From Alphaproteobacteria bacterium (GTDB taxonomy: Bacteria > Pseudomonadota > Alphaproteobacteria > Rhizobiales > Aestuariivirgaceae), in NCBI GenBank assembly GCA_024279095.1, contig JAJRRY010000157.1, positions 2,040-66,039 of the forward strand: a stretch of DNA of 64,000 bases, read 5' to 3'. Below are positions 63,774 to 64,000 of this stretch, piece by piece. Each line of letters opens with the position of its first letter. Position 1 is the first letter of the stretch. Made by a program: the position numbers and the translations under genes. Below the pieces are notes generated by a model that ran no database searches, was not told where the DNA came from, and saw only the letters and a list, made by a program, of their open reading frames with translations.

Positions 63774-64000
63774 CTAGAATCCGCTCTCGCGCAGGAGAAC
63801 GGAGAGGACGCGGCGGGCAATGCGCCCCGCCAGACTTTCGCGACGGGCTTCCACCATGATCCTGCCTGTACAGGTCATCGGGCAGAGCCGTTCCACCTCC
63901 TTTTCCCTCACACCATCCCGGCGCGCGAGGAACCGGACCGGGAACATTCCCTTCAGGGTATGAATCTCTCCCCGCGCATCGCGCTCGGCCGGCACGGGCC
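63774..64000 (-). CDS. partial CDS (C-terminal end; continues past window end), unknown function
   Basis: The open frame runs to the window edge; the track start at 63995 is a GTG that is probably internal. Product not recognised. Confidence 0.35.
   Translation of the reverse strand, partial: PVPAERDARGEIHTLKGMFPVRFLARRDGVREKEVERLCPMTCTGRIMVEARRESLAGRIARRVLSVLLRESGF

Noticed and set aside
1-64000. CRISPR arrays, rRNA genes, IS elements, toxin-antitoxin pairs, known defence-system genes
   Set aside because: I scanned the ORF track and sequence by eye. I found no regularly spaced repeats apart from the in-frame 33-nt coding periodicity of the giant gene. I also found no transposase, integrase, nuclease-helicase defence signatures or reverse transcriptase motifs.

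Overview
GC-rich, densely coding chromosomal segment that looks alphaproteobacterial (Hyphomicrobiales/Rhizobiales-like). Supporting signals are GTTC-N7-GTTC LexA boxes, a BA14K-family protein, a CckA-type kinase and a RecA N-terminus of alphaproteobacterial type. I support about 60 protein genes and one tRNA-Leu(CAA). I saw no rRNA, CRISPR array, transposase, integrase or phage genes. Left half (1-31 kb): cckA-like hybrid kinase, amidase, TolC-family lipoprotein, recA, an orphan luxR, metA, a sixA-like gene, the ycjX/ycjF pair, modE(N-domain)-modABC and tRNA-Leu. It continues with a small-protein neighbourhood (BA14K, a Cys-less DsrC/TusE-like protein, ELM1-like, methyltransferase, DUF2892, C_GCAxxG_C_C), a trypsin/peptidoglycan-binding protease and a ferredoxin / ferredoxin-NADP reductase / Crp operon. 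Centre (31.7-36.3 kb): one 1537-aa membrane-anchored protein built from about 68 consecutive 11-residue repeats in a single register, resembling the GPR/RgsE growth-pole proteins. Right half: pdaD, dipeptide epimerase, translationally coupled menA-ubiE, fadL-like, ppk2, and an octaheme tetrathionate-reductase-family cytochrome with a cytochrome b partner. This is followed by a complete clade II (Sec-dependent) nitrous-oxide reductase cluster, nosZ-C-C-B-D-G-H-F-L-Y, then ssb and lexA. The points most worth a second look are the hendecad-repeat giant protein, the atypical nos cluster and its NosZ C-terminal extension, and an ssb that loses its canonical DDDVPF tail through a one-base shift in a C8 homopolymer. 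Several candidate structured RNAs and operators also deserve checking. All functional calls rest on motif and family recognition by eye; no database search was run.
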